From NCBI GenBank assembly GCA_012862495.1, contig BLSG01000208.1:240457-273740 (forward strand): 33,284 nucleotides of DNA, given 5' to 3'. The stretch comes from Thraustochytrium aureum. Taxonomy: Eukaryota. Under the pieces are notes generated by a model that saw only the letters and a list, made by a program, of their open reading frames with translations, searched no databases and had not been told where the DNA came from. Positions 20,357 to 30,200 of this stretch are shown here, piece by piece. The translations under genes were made by a program, and so were the position numbers. Position 1 is the stretch's first letter. Each line of letters opens with the position of its first letter.

Positions 20357-22641
20357 TCAGCCCCGGTAAGAAACTGATTTGGTGGCCTGGCCGCCTCCGC
20401 TTCCCTTGCCGCGGTACACGGTCTGTTGCTGCTGGCCGGAGCTAGACCCGCCCCCGCCGTGGCCCCCGCGACGGCCGTGCCCGCTGCTCGATCCAGCCCC
20501 GCTGCCCGACCCGGCCCCGCTCCCCGACGGGCGGGCCCCAGCAGCGCTAGCGGCAGCTTGCGAGTAGCTGAATCCGGTCGAGAGCGGCTTGGCGGTCTGG
20601 CTATTGCCGCTTGCGACGCCGCCCCGCCCTTGCTGGCCAACGCTGCCTCCCTTGGCGCCGCCCGATCGCCCAGCGACCCCGCCCGAAGCAGCGCCCCCAC
20701 CGCCGCCGCCTCCGGCAGGGCGCCGCTTGGGCGACGCCGGGAGCTTGCGGCCACCGCGCCCCTTTTGCTGGCCAGCGCCGCCCTTGGGGCCCGACGCTGC
20801 TCCCTTCTGCACCGTCGCGCTGCCGCCGCTGCCCCCCGCGGCTCCGGCAGGCCCAGCCCGGTCCACGGCAGCCTCACCGCCAGCACCGGCAAGGTGTGAC
20901 GGCTGCTCGGGTGCCCCCTCCACGACCAGCGTCGCAACTGGGCGCTGCTGGCCGGCCACCCAGCCGATCTCGCGCATAAAGTCGATCGCGTCGTCGCCAA
21001 CAACATCATTCATGTCATCTTCGTCCTTGGACCGTTTCCGGGTCGAGGAAACTTGCGACGAGGTCTCGTCGTCCCCACCCCGCGAGGAGCCCTTGAACTT
21101 GCCGCCCCCCTGCAGCGGGCCGTCGTCCTTGACCTTCTTCTTGTCCTTATTTCGCTTGCGGTTTCTGTTGGAGATTCTGTATATCTCTGCCATCGAGCGC
21201 GGAATGTCCTCGCTCTCGAGCGCGTCCGCGTCCGCAGGCGTGTCAATGTCAATCACAGCGTCCTCCTCCATTCTCGAGGCCGCCCCCTCGGGCCGCAGCG
21301 ACGAATCGGGCAAGTCTGCGGAGGCCACCCCAGCCCCGATAATGCCCGACGAAGCCGAGTTGGGAAGCCCGCCGTGTCGGGCTTCCGAACCTCCGCGCCC
21401 CAGCCCTTCGCTCCCCTCCACGGGGAGCGACGACCTGGCTGCGCCCGACACGGTGGCCTTCGCCACGCTCGAAAAGGGCGTCGCCGCGTTCAGAGCCCCG
21501 AAGGCGCCTGCGCGGTTGCCGAGCTGCTCCTTGCCGATCTGGGCCTTGGTCGCGAGGGCTGTTTTGTAGTTGTCCGTCTCCTGAGCGGGGGCGCGCCCTT
21601 GCTCCGCGTCGACGCCGACTCTGGCGCCGCGTCGCCTGCCGAGGCAGCTGCAGTCGCCGCCGCAGCAGCGGCTGTCGACCGCGCAACTACCGAGGCCTTC
21701 CACCCCGGGTCAGAGACGTCCTGCCAGCCAGCCGTGTCGTAGAGCTGCTCTGTTGTCAGAACGGGGCTGGGCGTGGCACGAGCGCTCGCTTCGTTGCGCA
21801 GGATAGACCCGCGCCGGTCTGTGCCCTTCAGCCCGCCCTTGGCGGCGTCCGCAAAGCTCACGTGGCCCTTCTTGGCTGGCGTCTGGTTGGCGCCAATGGG
21901 AACAAACGTGGCTTTCGAGGAGTTGAGGCCAATCTGCACACTGCCCGGGAGCGGCGCGGGCGCCGGGGGCGCAACGACTGCGGCAGCCGACAAGGCTGGC
22001 CCTCCGGCAGCGGGGTGGCGCACTGTCGTGTACGCGCGGACCTCCTTGTCGNNNNNNNNNNNNNNNNNNNNNNNNNNNNNNNNNNNNNNNNNNNNNNNNN
22101 NNNNNNNNNNNNNNNNNNNNNNNNNNNNNNNNNNNNNNNNNNNNNNNNNNNNNNNNNNNNNNNNNNNNNNNNNNNNNNNNNNNNNNNNNNNNNNNNNNNN
22201 NNNNNNNNNNNNNNNNNNNNNNNNNNNNNNNNNNNNNNNNNNNNNNNNNNNNNNNNNNNNNNNNNNNNNNNNNNNNNNNNNNNNNNNNNNNNNNNNNNNN
22301 NNNNNNNNNNNNNNNNNNNNNNNNNNNNNNNNNNNNNNNNNNNNNNNNNNNNNNNNNNNNNNNNNNNNNNNNNNNNNNNNNNNNNNNNNNNNNNNNNNNN
22401 NNNNNNNNNNNNNNNNNNNNNNNNNNNNNNNNNNNNNNNNNNNNNNNNNNNNNNNNNNNNNNNNNNNNTACTCTGGAATGTTTTCGAAATACCCGACATC
22501 GTCCTCTTCGCCCGGGAACGAATTCGAGGCCTTCGTGCCATACACGAGCGCCTCGTACAACTTCTTCTCAAAATCTCCGCCACCGACCGCTTGCCCGCGC
22601 TGCTGCTGCTGCCTGCCGAGCACCTCCTCCAGCGTCGACAT
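20357..22641 (-). CDS. RRP6: Exosome nuclease Rrp6/EXOSC10 homolog (PMC2NT start and long C-terminal tail visible; catalytic core would lie in gap 22052-22468; frameshift near 21587-21591)
   Basis: ATG at 22641. DFEKKLYEALVYGTKASNSFPGEEDDVGYFENIPE resembles PMC2NT. The C-terminal part has SPVLTTEQLYDTAGW, IPRSMAEIYRISNRNRKRNKDKKK (NLS-like) and the ending KSVSYRG. Confidence 0.75.
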
Positions 22642-22805
22642 CTTCCAGGCGCTCGCGCCGCAGCGTGCCGCCGTGCTCCCACCACCAGCTCCTCCGCCTC
22701 GTCCGGGCCCGCGGCCCACCCAGCCCCAAGCGCGCGCTCGCGGGCGGCGTCCCGCGCGTCCAACCACCGCGCCACCAGCCAGCCAGCCGAGCGCGCCCAC
22801 CGAAG

Positions 22806-22860
22806 CACACCGACAGACACACCGACCGACACACCGAACGACACACCGACAGACACACCG
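22806..22860. repeat. 12-bp tandem repeat (CACACCGAnnGA) x~4.5 upstream of Rrp6
   Basis: cacaccgacaga cacaccgaccga cacaccgaacga cacaccgacaga cacaccg. Confidence 0.85.
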
Positions 22861-23072
22861 CCGCGCGGCGCACCTGCCGCTCTTCTCTTCCTCCCTCGCG
22901 CTGCTCCGCGCGCCGCACACCGCTCTGCCAGCGGCAAACCAACGATGCGCGCAGCGGCTCAGCTCCCGCACTGCCCTCGTCCCTGCCTGCCCTCCCTCAC
23001 GCCCTCGCGCCCTCACGCCAGAGTCCTGGCTGCCTCGATTCACCCTCCTGACGCGCGCCGCGCAGCGACAGA

Positions 23073-23395
23073 GTCCCCGCGCACTCGAGGCGCCCTCTGG
23101 GGACATGCCGCCGTCGTGGTTTCCTCTGTGTGCTGATGTGACCGAGCGCCTGTGCGCTCGATTCGCCCTCTGGGAGAACCCCGCCCTCGGGCTATCCTCT
23201 AGGTGAAGCTGTGCTTCCGAGCGACGGTGCCCTCGGAACACCCTCAGGTCAGGAGGTTTCCGGGCGACTCGGGAAACCGAGCTGGGGGTGCCTCGAATAA
23301 CGCTCTAAGGAGGAACCGGGGAACGTACCGTGGGTCGCGCCCTAACCTGACGGTTAGGGCGAAGGTAGGGTGTGGAGCGGACTGAGAGTGGTGCT
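23073..23395 (+). other. Hairpin-dense non-coding element (candidate structured ncRNA or clustered regulatory element)
   Basis: Five stems: GTCCCC/GGGGAC, CGAGCGC/GCGCTCG, TTCCGAG/CTCGGAA, CACCCTCAG..GGTTTCC/GGAAACC..CTGGGGGTG and CGCCCTAACC/GGTTAGGGCG. G-U pairs favour the + strand. Confidence 0.4.
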
Positions 23396-23836
23396 GGGGT
23401 GGTGCGTGGCGCGGCAGAGTTTGATCGATTGATCGATTGAGGTGCTCGAGTGGCGGGCGAGGACTCTGTCGCTTGACGGTGGTGCGATCGCCGCGGCGTT
23501 GCTGTTCCGGCTTCTCCACGTGGTGGTCCTTGCTCCGCTTGCCGCGTCAGCCAGCGTTCGGTCGTCTGTAGATCTATCCGTCTTCTGAGCACCGGTTTCT
23601 GTCTGTTTGTCGATTCTGCGTGCGTTGGGGCGCGCTCGGCCGCTCAGGCCAGGTTGCCTTCTCTCCTGGTTGGCCTGCTTGGCCCGTCGTTGGGTCACCC
23701 GCATCGGGCAGAAGGACGGGCGAGGCGCGCTCGATTGCCGCGCGAGCAGCTGTGGGCTGGCTGACGCAGACTTTGGAAACAAACTGAGGCAACCACCCGG
23801 TACGGGGCGGCTCGCCGTGGGCACGCGCGCTGAGCG

Positions 23837-24447
23837 ATGGAGAGGCACTTGGAAGAGCGGCTGCCGGCGGAGGCGTGCAGCAAGGTGCGCGAGCTGTTTG
23901 ACGCGCTGGACTCGGACTTGGACGGCTTCCTCGTAAGTTGAAGGGCTGCCGCAGCGCAGCGCGCAGGCCCCGGCCCATGCGGCTGGCGGCTGCCCCTGCG
24001 ACGAGGCGCTCGTGCAGAGACGCTGACTGGGTCGTGCCGCGCCCACCGGCGTAGAACCACGCCAACCTCCAGCTTCTTGGCTACGCAGTGTGCGGCAAGA
24101 TCCCGCACTACGACGATGCCGTGTTCGAGATGGCGCGGGCGCAACGCCTCCATGCCAAAGAGATGCGCCAAGCTGGCATCGTGGAGCTCCCGCGAGCGGG
24201 AGACTCTGCGGACGCCGCTCGGCAGGAACAAGACGTCCGCCTCGCCTCCGAAACGCCAGACCGGCTCTCCTGGACCGAATTTCTCCTGTTCAGTAGCGAC
24301 CTCTGCTGGATGCCGCCCCAAGCCCTCGCAAGCACCGTCGACAGCCTGATCGAGCGGGTGAGGAGCGCCACGCCGACGCTTGAGCCGAAAGAGATACACA
24401 ACGTGCAGATGCTCCATGTCAACAAAGCAAAGTACCTGGGCCCATGA
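23837..24447 (+). CDS. Small EF-hand-like protein, 2 exons (23837-23932, 24055-24447)
   Basis: MERHLEERLPAEACSKVRELFDALDSDLDGFL|NHANLQLLGYAVCGKIPHY...RLSWTEFLLF. The EF loop DSDLDGFLNHAN spans the splice junction and has a non-canonical position 12. Confidence 0.75.
23933..24054 (+). other. Spliceosomal GT-AG intron (122 nt, phase 0)
   Basis: GTAAGT donor at 23933, GCTGAC branch point at 24022-24027, TAG acceptor ending at 24054; splicing restores the frame. Confidence 0.8.
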
Positions 24448-24923
24448 GACGGGCCTGCGAAGCCAGCATGCAAAGCAACCCATCCCAAGAAAGGCGCTCC
24501 CTTCCTCCCATCAGCAAGCAAGGAGCCCAGCAGCAAGGAGCCCGTCAGCAAGGAGCCCATCGCAGGCGCCCGCGCCGCGCGAGGGACGAGGCCGTCCACC
24601 CTGTTTTTCGGGTGGGCCGTGCAACGATCAAGGGAACGGTGCAATTTGTGGAAGAGATAGGACCAAGCTGGCCAAGTCGCGCAATCGGTTGATGCGACGC
24701 CAAACGCGACGCGGAAAAGGAGCAACACCGCCAGTCGCCTCTTGACGGGGCGCAGCGCGCTCGCCCGGCCAAGCTGCCACGTAGCGTGCCCAGGAGCGGA
24801 CTGCGCGGGCAAACCCCAGTCGCGCAAACCCGAATCGTACTTGGGTCAAACGCGTCAAACTCAGCCTTGCTGACTCAGCTGCCAAGCACGCACGACTGGC
24901 TCCAGCAAGGCTCGGGCGGCGAC

Positions 24924-24957
24924 CGGCTGGCTGGCTGGCTGGCTGGCTGGCTAGCTG
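24924..24957. repeat. (GGCT)n microsatellite upstream of the FAD dehydrogenase start
   Basis: ggctggctggctggctggctggctggct. Confidence 0.9.
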
Positions 24958-25010
24958 GTGCTCAACGCCCGCAGAGTCGAGGGCAAGGGCGACCAACCCA
25001 TTCGAAAACG

Positions 25011-27026
25011 ATGCCCAGCGATGGATCAGCCCAGCGCCGCCTCAGCGTTCTCGAGGCCCATCTCTCTGGCGAGGAAAGCAGCCGAGCCTGCGCGAGCGGC
25101 GCATCCCCGGCGCTGACGGCGGGCGTCCGTGTTGGAGGCGGAGCGGACCTCGACGAAATCAAGCGCCGCATCGCAGCCTGGAACAAGTATCTCTTCGAGG
25201 TCGCGCCTGCCAAGGTCGCTGCCATTGAGCGCGAGAACCGAGCGCCTCCCAACGCGACCGATGCCGCGTGGGCAAACACGGAGTATGACCTGGTAGTCCT
25301 CGGCTTTGGCGCCGCCGGGGCATCCGCAGCGCTGGAGGCGGCCGACCTCGGTCGCCGCGTTCTTCTGGTCGATCGGTTTGAGGGGGGAGGATCGACGCGC
25401 CGAAGCGGTGGTGTCTATTATGCGGGCGGCGGTACGCGTGCTCAAGTCGAGGCTGGTGTCAGTGATAGCGTTGAGAGCATGTTCAAGTACATCAAGTGCG
25501 AGAACGGCGGAGTCGTGGACGACGCAACGCTCCGGGCGTTCTGCGAGCAGAGCGCCCCCACCTTTGCGTGGCTTGAGGACCGCGTCGGGGTGCCATTTCG
25601 CGCTGGCGACGGAAGCCGTTCGCTCTACACTCGCAAGACGAGCTACCCGCCCAGCACGACCACGCTGTACCAGTCCGGCAACGAGTCGGCCGCGCCATAC
25701 GCAGAGGCAGCCATCCCTGCTCCGCGGGGCCATCGCACGTTCGGTGACTACCTCACGGGAAACCAGTTCTTTGGCGCGTTCGAGCGCGCGGTGGAGGCAC
25801 ACCCGAATATCACTGTCCAGCTCCACGCCAGGGCCGAGGGCCTGCACATCACGAGTGGCGGGTGCAGCGCTGTGCGCCTCAAGCTTCTTCCTAGCTGCGG
25901 ACCCTGGGCCGACGTGCGCAGCATGCACGACATGCTGCACCTGATAGGCTCAGGGTCGCCCATGTTCGACTCGCGGCGAAAGATGGACGCTGCTTGCTTC
26001 CGCCTCGAGCAAGAGCTGTTCTCGAAATTCGCAGTGGACGTAAACGTGCCGGCCCCATGCGGAGTCGTCGTTGCCACTGGGGGGTTCTACTTTAATCAAG
26101 AAATGGTCCGCAAGTTTGCACCAAAGCACCAAGGCTTCATGCCCCTCGGCAACCTCGGCGACGATGGCAGCGGGATTCTCCTCGCCGAGAGCGCGGGTGC
26201 GGGCCTCGGAAGCATGGATCGGTGCTCGGCATGGAAATTCATCAATCCCCCGTTCGCCTTCGTCCGCGGCATCCTCACCAACGCAAGCGGCCGTCGCGTC
26301 GGCAATGAGGACGTTTACGGTGCTACATTTGCAGACTTTCTCATTCGCGAGCACGGCGGAAAGGGCTGGCTCATCATCGACGATGCGATCTGGACCGAGG
26401 CCAACAACGACTGCCTCGATCCCTCGTCAGGACTACAGGAGGACCAGCGGATGCAAGGTCTCGCTAACCTACATCGCAACCTCGTATCGGCCGACACGGC
26501 CGAGCAACTCGCAAAAGAGACGGGTATGGACATCGCCGAGTTGCGCGCCACGCTCTCTGCCTATGACGAGGCTGCCCACGCCAAGCGCGACTCTGCTTTC
26601 GGAAAGGCGCCAGAGTACCTAGTGCCATTTCAGGCTGGGCGTCTGCACGCCGTGCGGCTCGACATGGTCGGCAACAGTTTTGGCCAACACCATGCATGTC
26701 GCTTGGCGGAGTTCGCGTCGAGGGGGCCTCCNNNNNNNNNNNNNNNNNNNNNNNNNNNNNNNNNNNNNNNNNNNNNNNNNNNNNNNNNNNNNNNNNNNNN
26801 NNNNNNNNNNNNNNNNNNNNNNNNNNNNNNNNNNNNNNNNNNNNNNNNNNNNNNNNNNNNNNNNNNNNNNNNNNNNNNNNNNNNNNNNNNNNNNNNNNNN
26901 NNNNNNNNNNNNNNNNNNNNNNNNNNNNGCGTCTTCTCCGGGCGGCGCGCGGGCCGCCACGCCGCCCTTTCGAGCGGCTGGCAAGCCGTGCCAGGAGTCG
27001 CAGCCTCGGCCGCTGCTCCAAACTAG
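25011..27026 (+). CDS. FAD-dependent oxidoreductase, 3-ketosteroid delta4(5alpha)-dehydrogenase (TesI/Kst4D)-like, with N-terminal PTS2; frameshift at T4 26678-26681 and gap 26732-26928
   Basis: YDLVVLGFGAAGASAALEA (FAD), GGGSTRRSGGVYYAGGGT, KTSYP...LYQSGNE...PAPRGHR, AWKFINPP, NEDVYGA, shifted PTPCMSLGGVRV and VFSGRRAG. RLSVLEAHL near the N-terminus matches RLx5HL. Confidence 0.85.
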   Translation: MPSDGSAQRRLSVLEAHLSGEESSRACASGASPALTAGVRVGGGADLDEIKRRIAAWNKYLFEVAPAKVAAIERENRAPPNATDAAWANTEYDLVVLGFGAAGASAALEAADLGRRVLLVDRFEGGGSTRRSGGVYYAGGGTRAQVEAGVSDSVESMFKYIKCENGGVVDDATLRAFCEQSAPTFAWLEDRVGVPFRAGDGSRSLYTRKTSYPPSTTTLYQSGNESAAPYAEAAIPAPRGHRTFGDYLTGNQFFGAFERAVEAHPNITVQLHARAEGLHITSGGCSAVRLKLLPSCGPWADVRSMHDMLHLIGSGSPMFDSRRKMDAACFRLEQELFSKFAVDVNVPAPCGVVVATGGFYFNQEMVRKFAPKHQGFMPLGNLGDDGSGILLAESAGAGLGSMDRCSAWKFINPPFAFVRGILTNASGRRVGNEDVYGATFADFLIREHGGKGWLIIDDAIWTEANNDCLDPSSGLQEDQRMQGLANLHRNLVSADTAEQLAKETGMDIAELRATLSAYDEAAHAKRDSAFGKAPEYLVPFQAGRLHAVRLDMVGNSFGQHHACRLAEFASRGPXXXXXXXXXXXXXXXXXXXXXXXXXXXXXXXXXXXXXXXXXXXXXXXXXXXXXXXXXXXXXXXXXXXVFSGRRAGRHAALSSGWQAVPGVAASAAAPN

Positions 27027-27220
27027 GCATTCGGGAATTGTGCTCGCCCGAAGCCCGGGGTCGTGGCTCGTGCTCGCGTTCGTGTTCGTGCCGCAGACAG
27101 GGACGAGGAAGAAAAATCAACAGCATTCGAGTTTCTTCATAACTAGAGTACTCTACCCCACCTGGTCCCACTCCCCCTTCCCTCTGCGCAAACCAGGCTC
27201 TGCTTTGTGAGCACCAGCGC

Positions 27221-30200
27221 TCAGGCAGGAGAACGATTGTCTCCGCCGCCGCCGCCGCCGCCGCCGCTGCCGCCTGCGTCGCATTTGTCTTGGGCGACCG
27301 CGCTTAAGCGAAACTGCAGAGCTCGATTCAATGCACTTGCGGCCTCGTCAGCCTCCTCGAGTTCGGCGACCACGTGGGCGACAACATGAAGCACTCCGCT
27401 ACCTGTGTGCAGAACATATAGCTGGTTGATCAGCGGCTCTTCCGTGGCCGCCGCTGTAGCTGCTGCGCCAAACCGAGACCACTCCCGCGTCGCTCGCTGC
27501 AGCAATGACACCGCCTCGGTTGCGTCTGCAGCACGGGATACATCTGCCCACGAACTCCGGTGTTTTTGCAGCCTATCCAGGGGCTCCAGCACAACAAACT
27601 GAAATCGAGGCACCTCGTCGACGAAAATCGTGTACACAGCATGCCCTTGGTGGAGCCTCGAATGGTTGCCTTGCCTTGTCGATTCGCTCTGCTGGGCGAC
27701 CTTTGCGCGCCGCTTTTTCGCCTTCCTCGCTGGAGTCTTCGGCCTCTTCTCTCGCTTTGGGTCGCTCGGACAAGCAACCTCGTGGCGTTTATCATGGCCA
27801 GCAGGGCTCCCAGGAGGCGATCCTTTGCATGCCGACGCCTGCGACGCAGACTCGAGCTGCTCGATGAGCTGCTGCGCAGCGTTGATTGAGCGGCAGCTGA
27901 CGCCAATCTCGCGAAATGCGGCGCGGCATCCGACCTGATCTACGATGACTTTGTCAATCTCGATTGAATGACTTGAGAATCCGACGTTTTGCGCGAGGCC
28001 GTAGATGCACTGCGCCATCAAGCCGGGGTCGCTCTTGCTGCCAAGCACAGAGTACAGAGGATCGCTCTTCGCTTGCCCGAGGAGGATAGCACAGTAAGTT
28101 GTGTCCTCGCAGCGCGAAAAGCAAAATGGGGCAAGCCGCAGGTGCGAAAACAACGCGTCGTTTCCAGTATGCGCGTCCACAAGACCGTCAATACTCCAGC
28201 GCTTGCTCCGCCCGTCTGCGCTGCAGAGCTCTACGGCGTGCTGATTTGCCATCAGAATCGAGCTGTTCAGGACGTGGCACACGCGAGGGTGTACACGACA
28301 GACTACCGCGAGTTTGCGCCGCTTGGTGCCCACAACACTCTGCTCCAGGGAGGCGACCAGGCCCATCGACCCAGGCCGCCGTGGGCCATTTGGCGCACTG
28401 CCGAGCAGCCCACTTAAGTTGACCTCGCTGCTGTGGTCTTCGCCGCCAGCGCTTGCGGGCACCGGGCGAGTGAGTCGTCGAAGACCTGACTGCGCCTTTG
28501 CAAGGTCGCCGACGAGGCGAGAAAACCCTTGGCGAACCTCCTCGCTGGCGCTCGCAGTGGCTCGTCGGCATCGCCGCGCCTCTAGTGCGAGTGCATTCAG
28601 CCGGCTGGCATGAAGAACGCATACATCTGGGCCACGCAATCGGTCGAGCTGGTTTTGTAGCAGTTGCGCTTCGCGTCGCAAGGCCTGGCGCTCGGCACCC
28701 CACCGCTTGCGCTCTGCTGCCAAGCGCGACTCGCATTCTTGTACCTCTACCTGAGCGCGGTCTGCCTCTGCAAGTGCGCGAGTGGCCGATTCGTGCATCG
28801 CCTGGGCCTCGGCGCTAACGTCTTCCACGTCCCGCTCTGCCTGAGCCGCACGCTCCTCTTGCTCGACCAAGCGCGCCGCGACTCGTTGCAGCTGCTCCTC
28901 AAGCAGGCTCGTGTGCTGCCTGGCAAGAGCCGGGCCGTGCAGCTTTGCGCTCTCCAGGTCCGCCTTGGCGTTTCGGAGCCGCTCCGCGAGCTCGTCAATT
29001 TGGCTGGTCTTGCGCCGCGATTCGACTTGGAGCTTGGTCAACGCCCCCTGTGCTTCGGCGAGCTCGCTGTTTGCGCTTCTTGCTTTGGCCTCTGCTAGCT
29101 CGATTCTGTGCGCCGCAGCTGCGCCGATGCTAGTAGCGCCGGCGCTGCCGGATGCCCGGGCCTCCTCAAGCTCGTCGCGGAGGCGCAAGCTCTCCTTCAA
29201 GGCTGCTCCAAGCTCTTCTTGGAGCTTTGCCGCTTGGGCTTGCAGGGTAGCGACCGTGTCTTGCATTTGCTTGTGATGCCGGGCGGTTTGCACTTGGCTC
29301 AGCTCCTTGTCAGCGAGCTTGCGCTCAAGTTCTGCCACCTCTGCTGGACTTGGGACGTCTTCATTGCGCAGTTTGTCAATGAGCGAGCGAGACTCTTCCA
29401 GCTCGTGCTCGAGCTTCTCTCGCGCGACGTGGCTGAGGCGAGCCTTCTCTTCTTCTCTCGCCGAGTCCTCACGAGCTCGGTCACGCTCAGCGAGGACTAG
29501 CTCGAGTTTACGTTTTGCCCGCTCGAGCTCAGATCGGCATGTTTGAAGCTCGTCGCTCATTTGCTCGCGTGGTGTAGACGCTGTGCTGAAATCTGTCTGA
29601 GCAAATGCCTCAGTCGCGTCCGGCTTGGCTGCCTTGTCCAGGGCGAGTTCGGCCCTCGCGAGGTCTTCCTTGAGTTTGGCGCAAACTGCGGCGATCTTCC
29701 TATTTTCGCTTTCCTCGTTTTCCAGCCGTGATGACAGCGCTGCGATATTCGCTGCCAAAGCAGTGTTTTGCGCCTGGAGTGTAGAGGCGAGCTGCTGCGC
29801 GTCCTTTTCGCTTTCCGCTTTTGCCAGATCCGCAGCCGTTTTCGCAGCGTTGAGGGCTTCGCGGAGCTGTTGGATTTCTTCACGACAGGCGCGCTCAGCC
29901 TCGCGAGCTGCGCTTGCTTCTTCTTCAAGCTCTCGCAACCCTGCCTGTTGTGCGTCTGTGTTTGGTATTGTCGATGCTGCAGTCTTTGCGAGAGCCATTT
30001 CGAGGTGATCAGAGCGCGCCCTCTCTTCCCGCAAGGCCTGCCGCGCTGCAATAAGCGCGTGTTCCACGCTGCCGATTCCGTCGGTTGGCGTCGAGTCCTT
30101 TTGAAGCGTCTCGGTTGCGGCGCTTGTCTCGACGAGGTCGTGCAGCGCTTCAAGGCTTGCTCGGAGCGACACTAGCCCTCGCTGCCCCCGCGAGTCGCCC

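Noticed and set aside
23330..23392. TPP riboswitch-like words (AACCTGA...GCGAAGG; GGGTG...CTGAGA)
   Set aside because: The halves are in the wrong order, P5 cannot form, and there is no ACCC after CTGAGA.
23190..23395. U3 snoRNA-like 3' end (GCGGACTGAGAGTGGT) and GTGAAGC
   Set aside because: No box A (GATCATTTC) and no box C TGATGA at the expected places.
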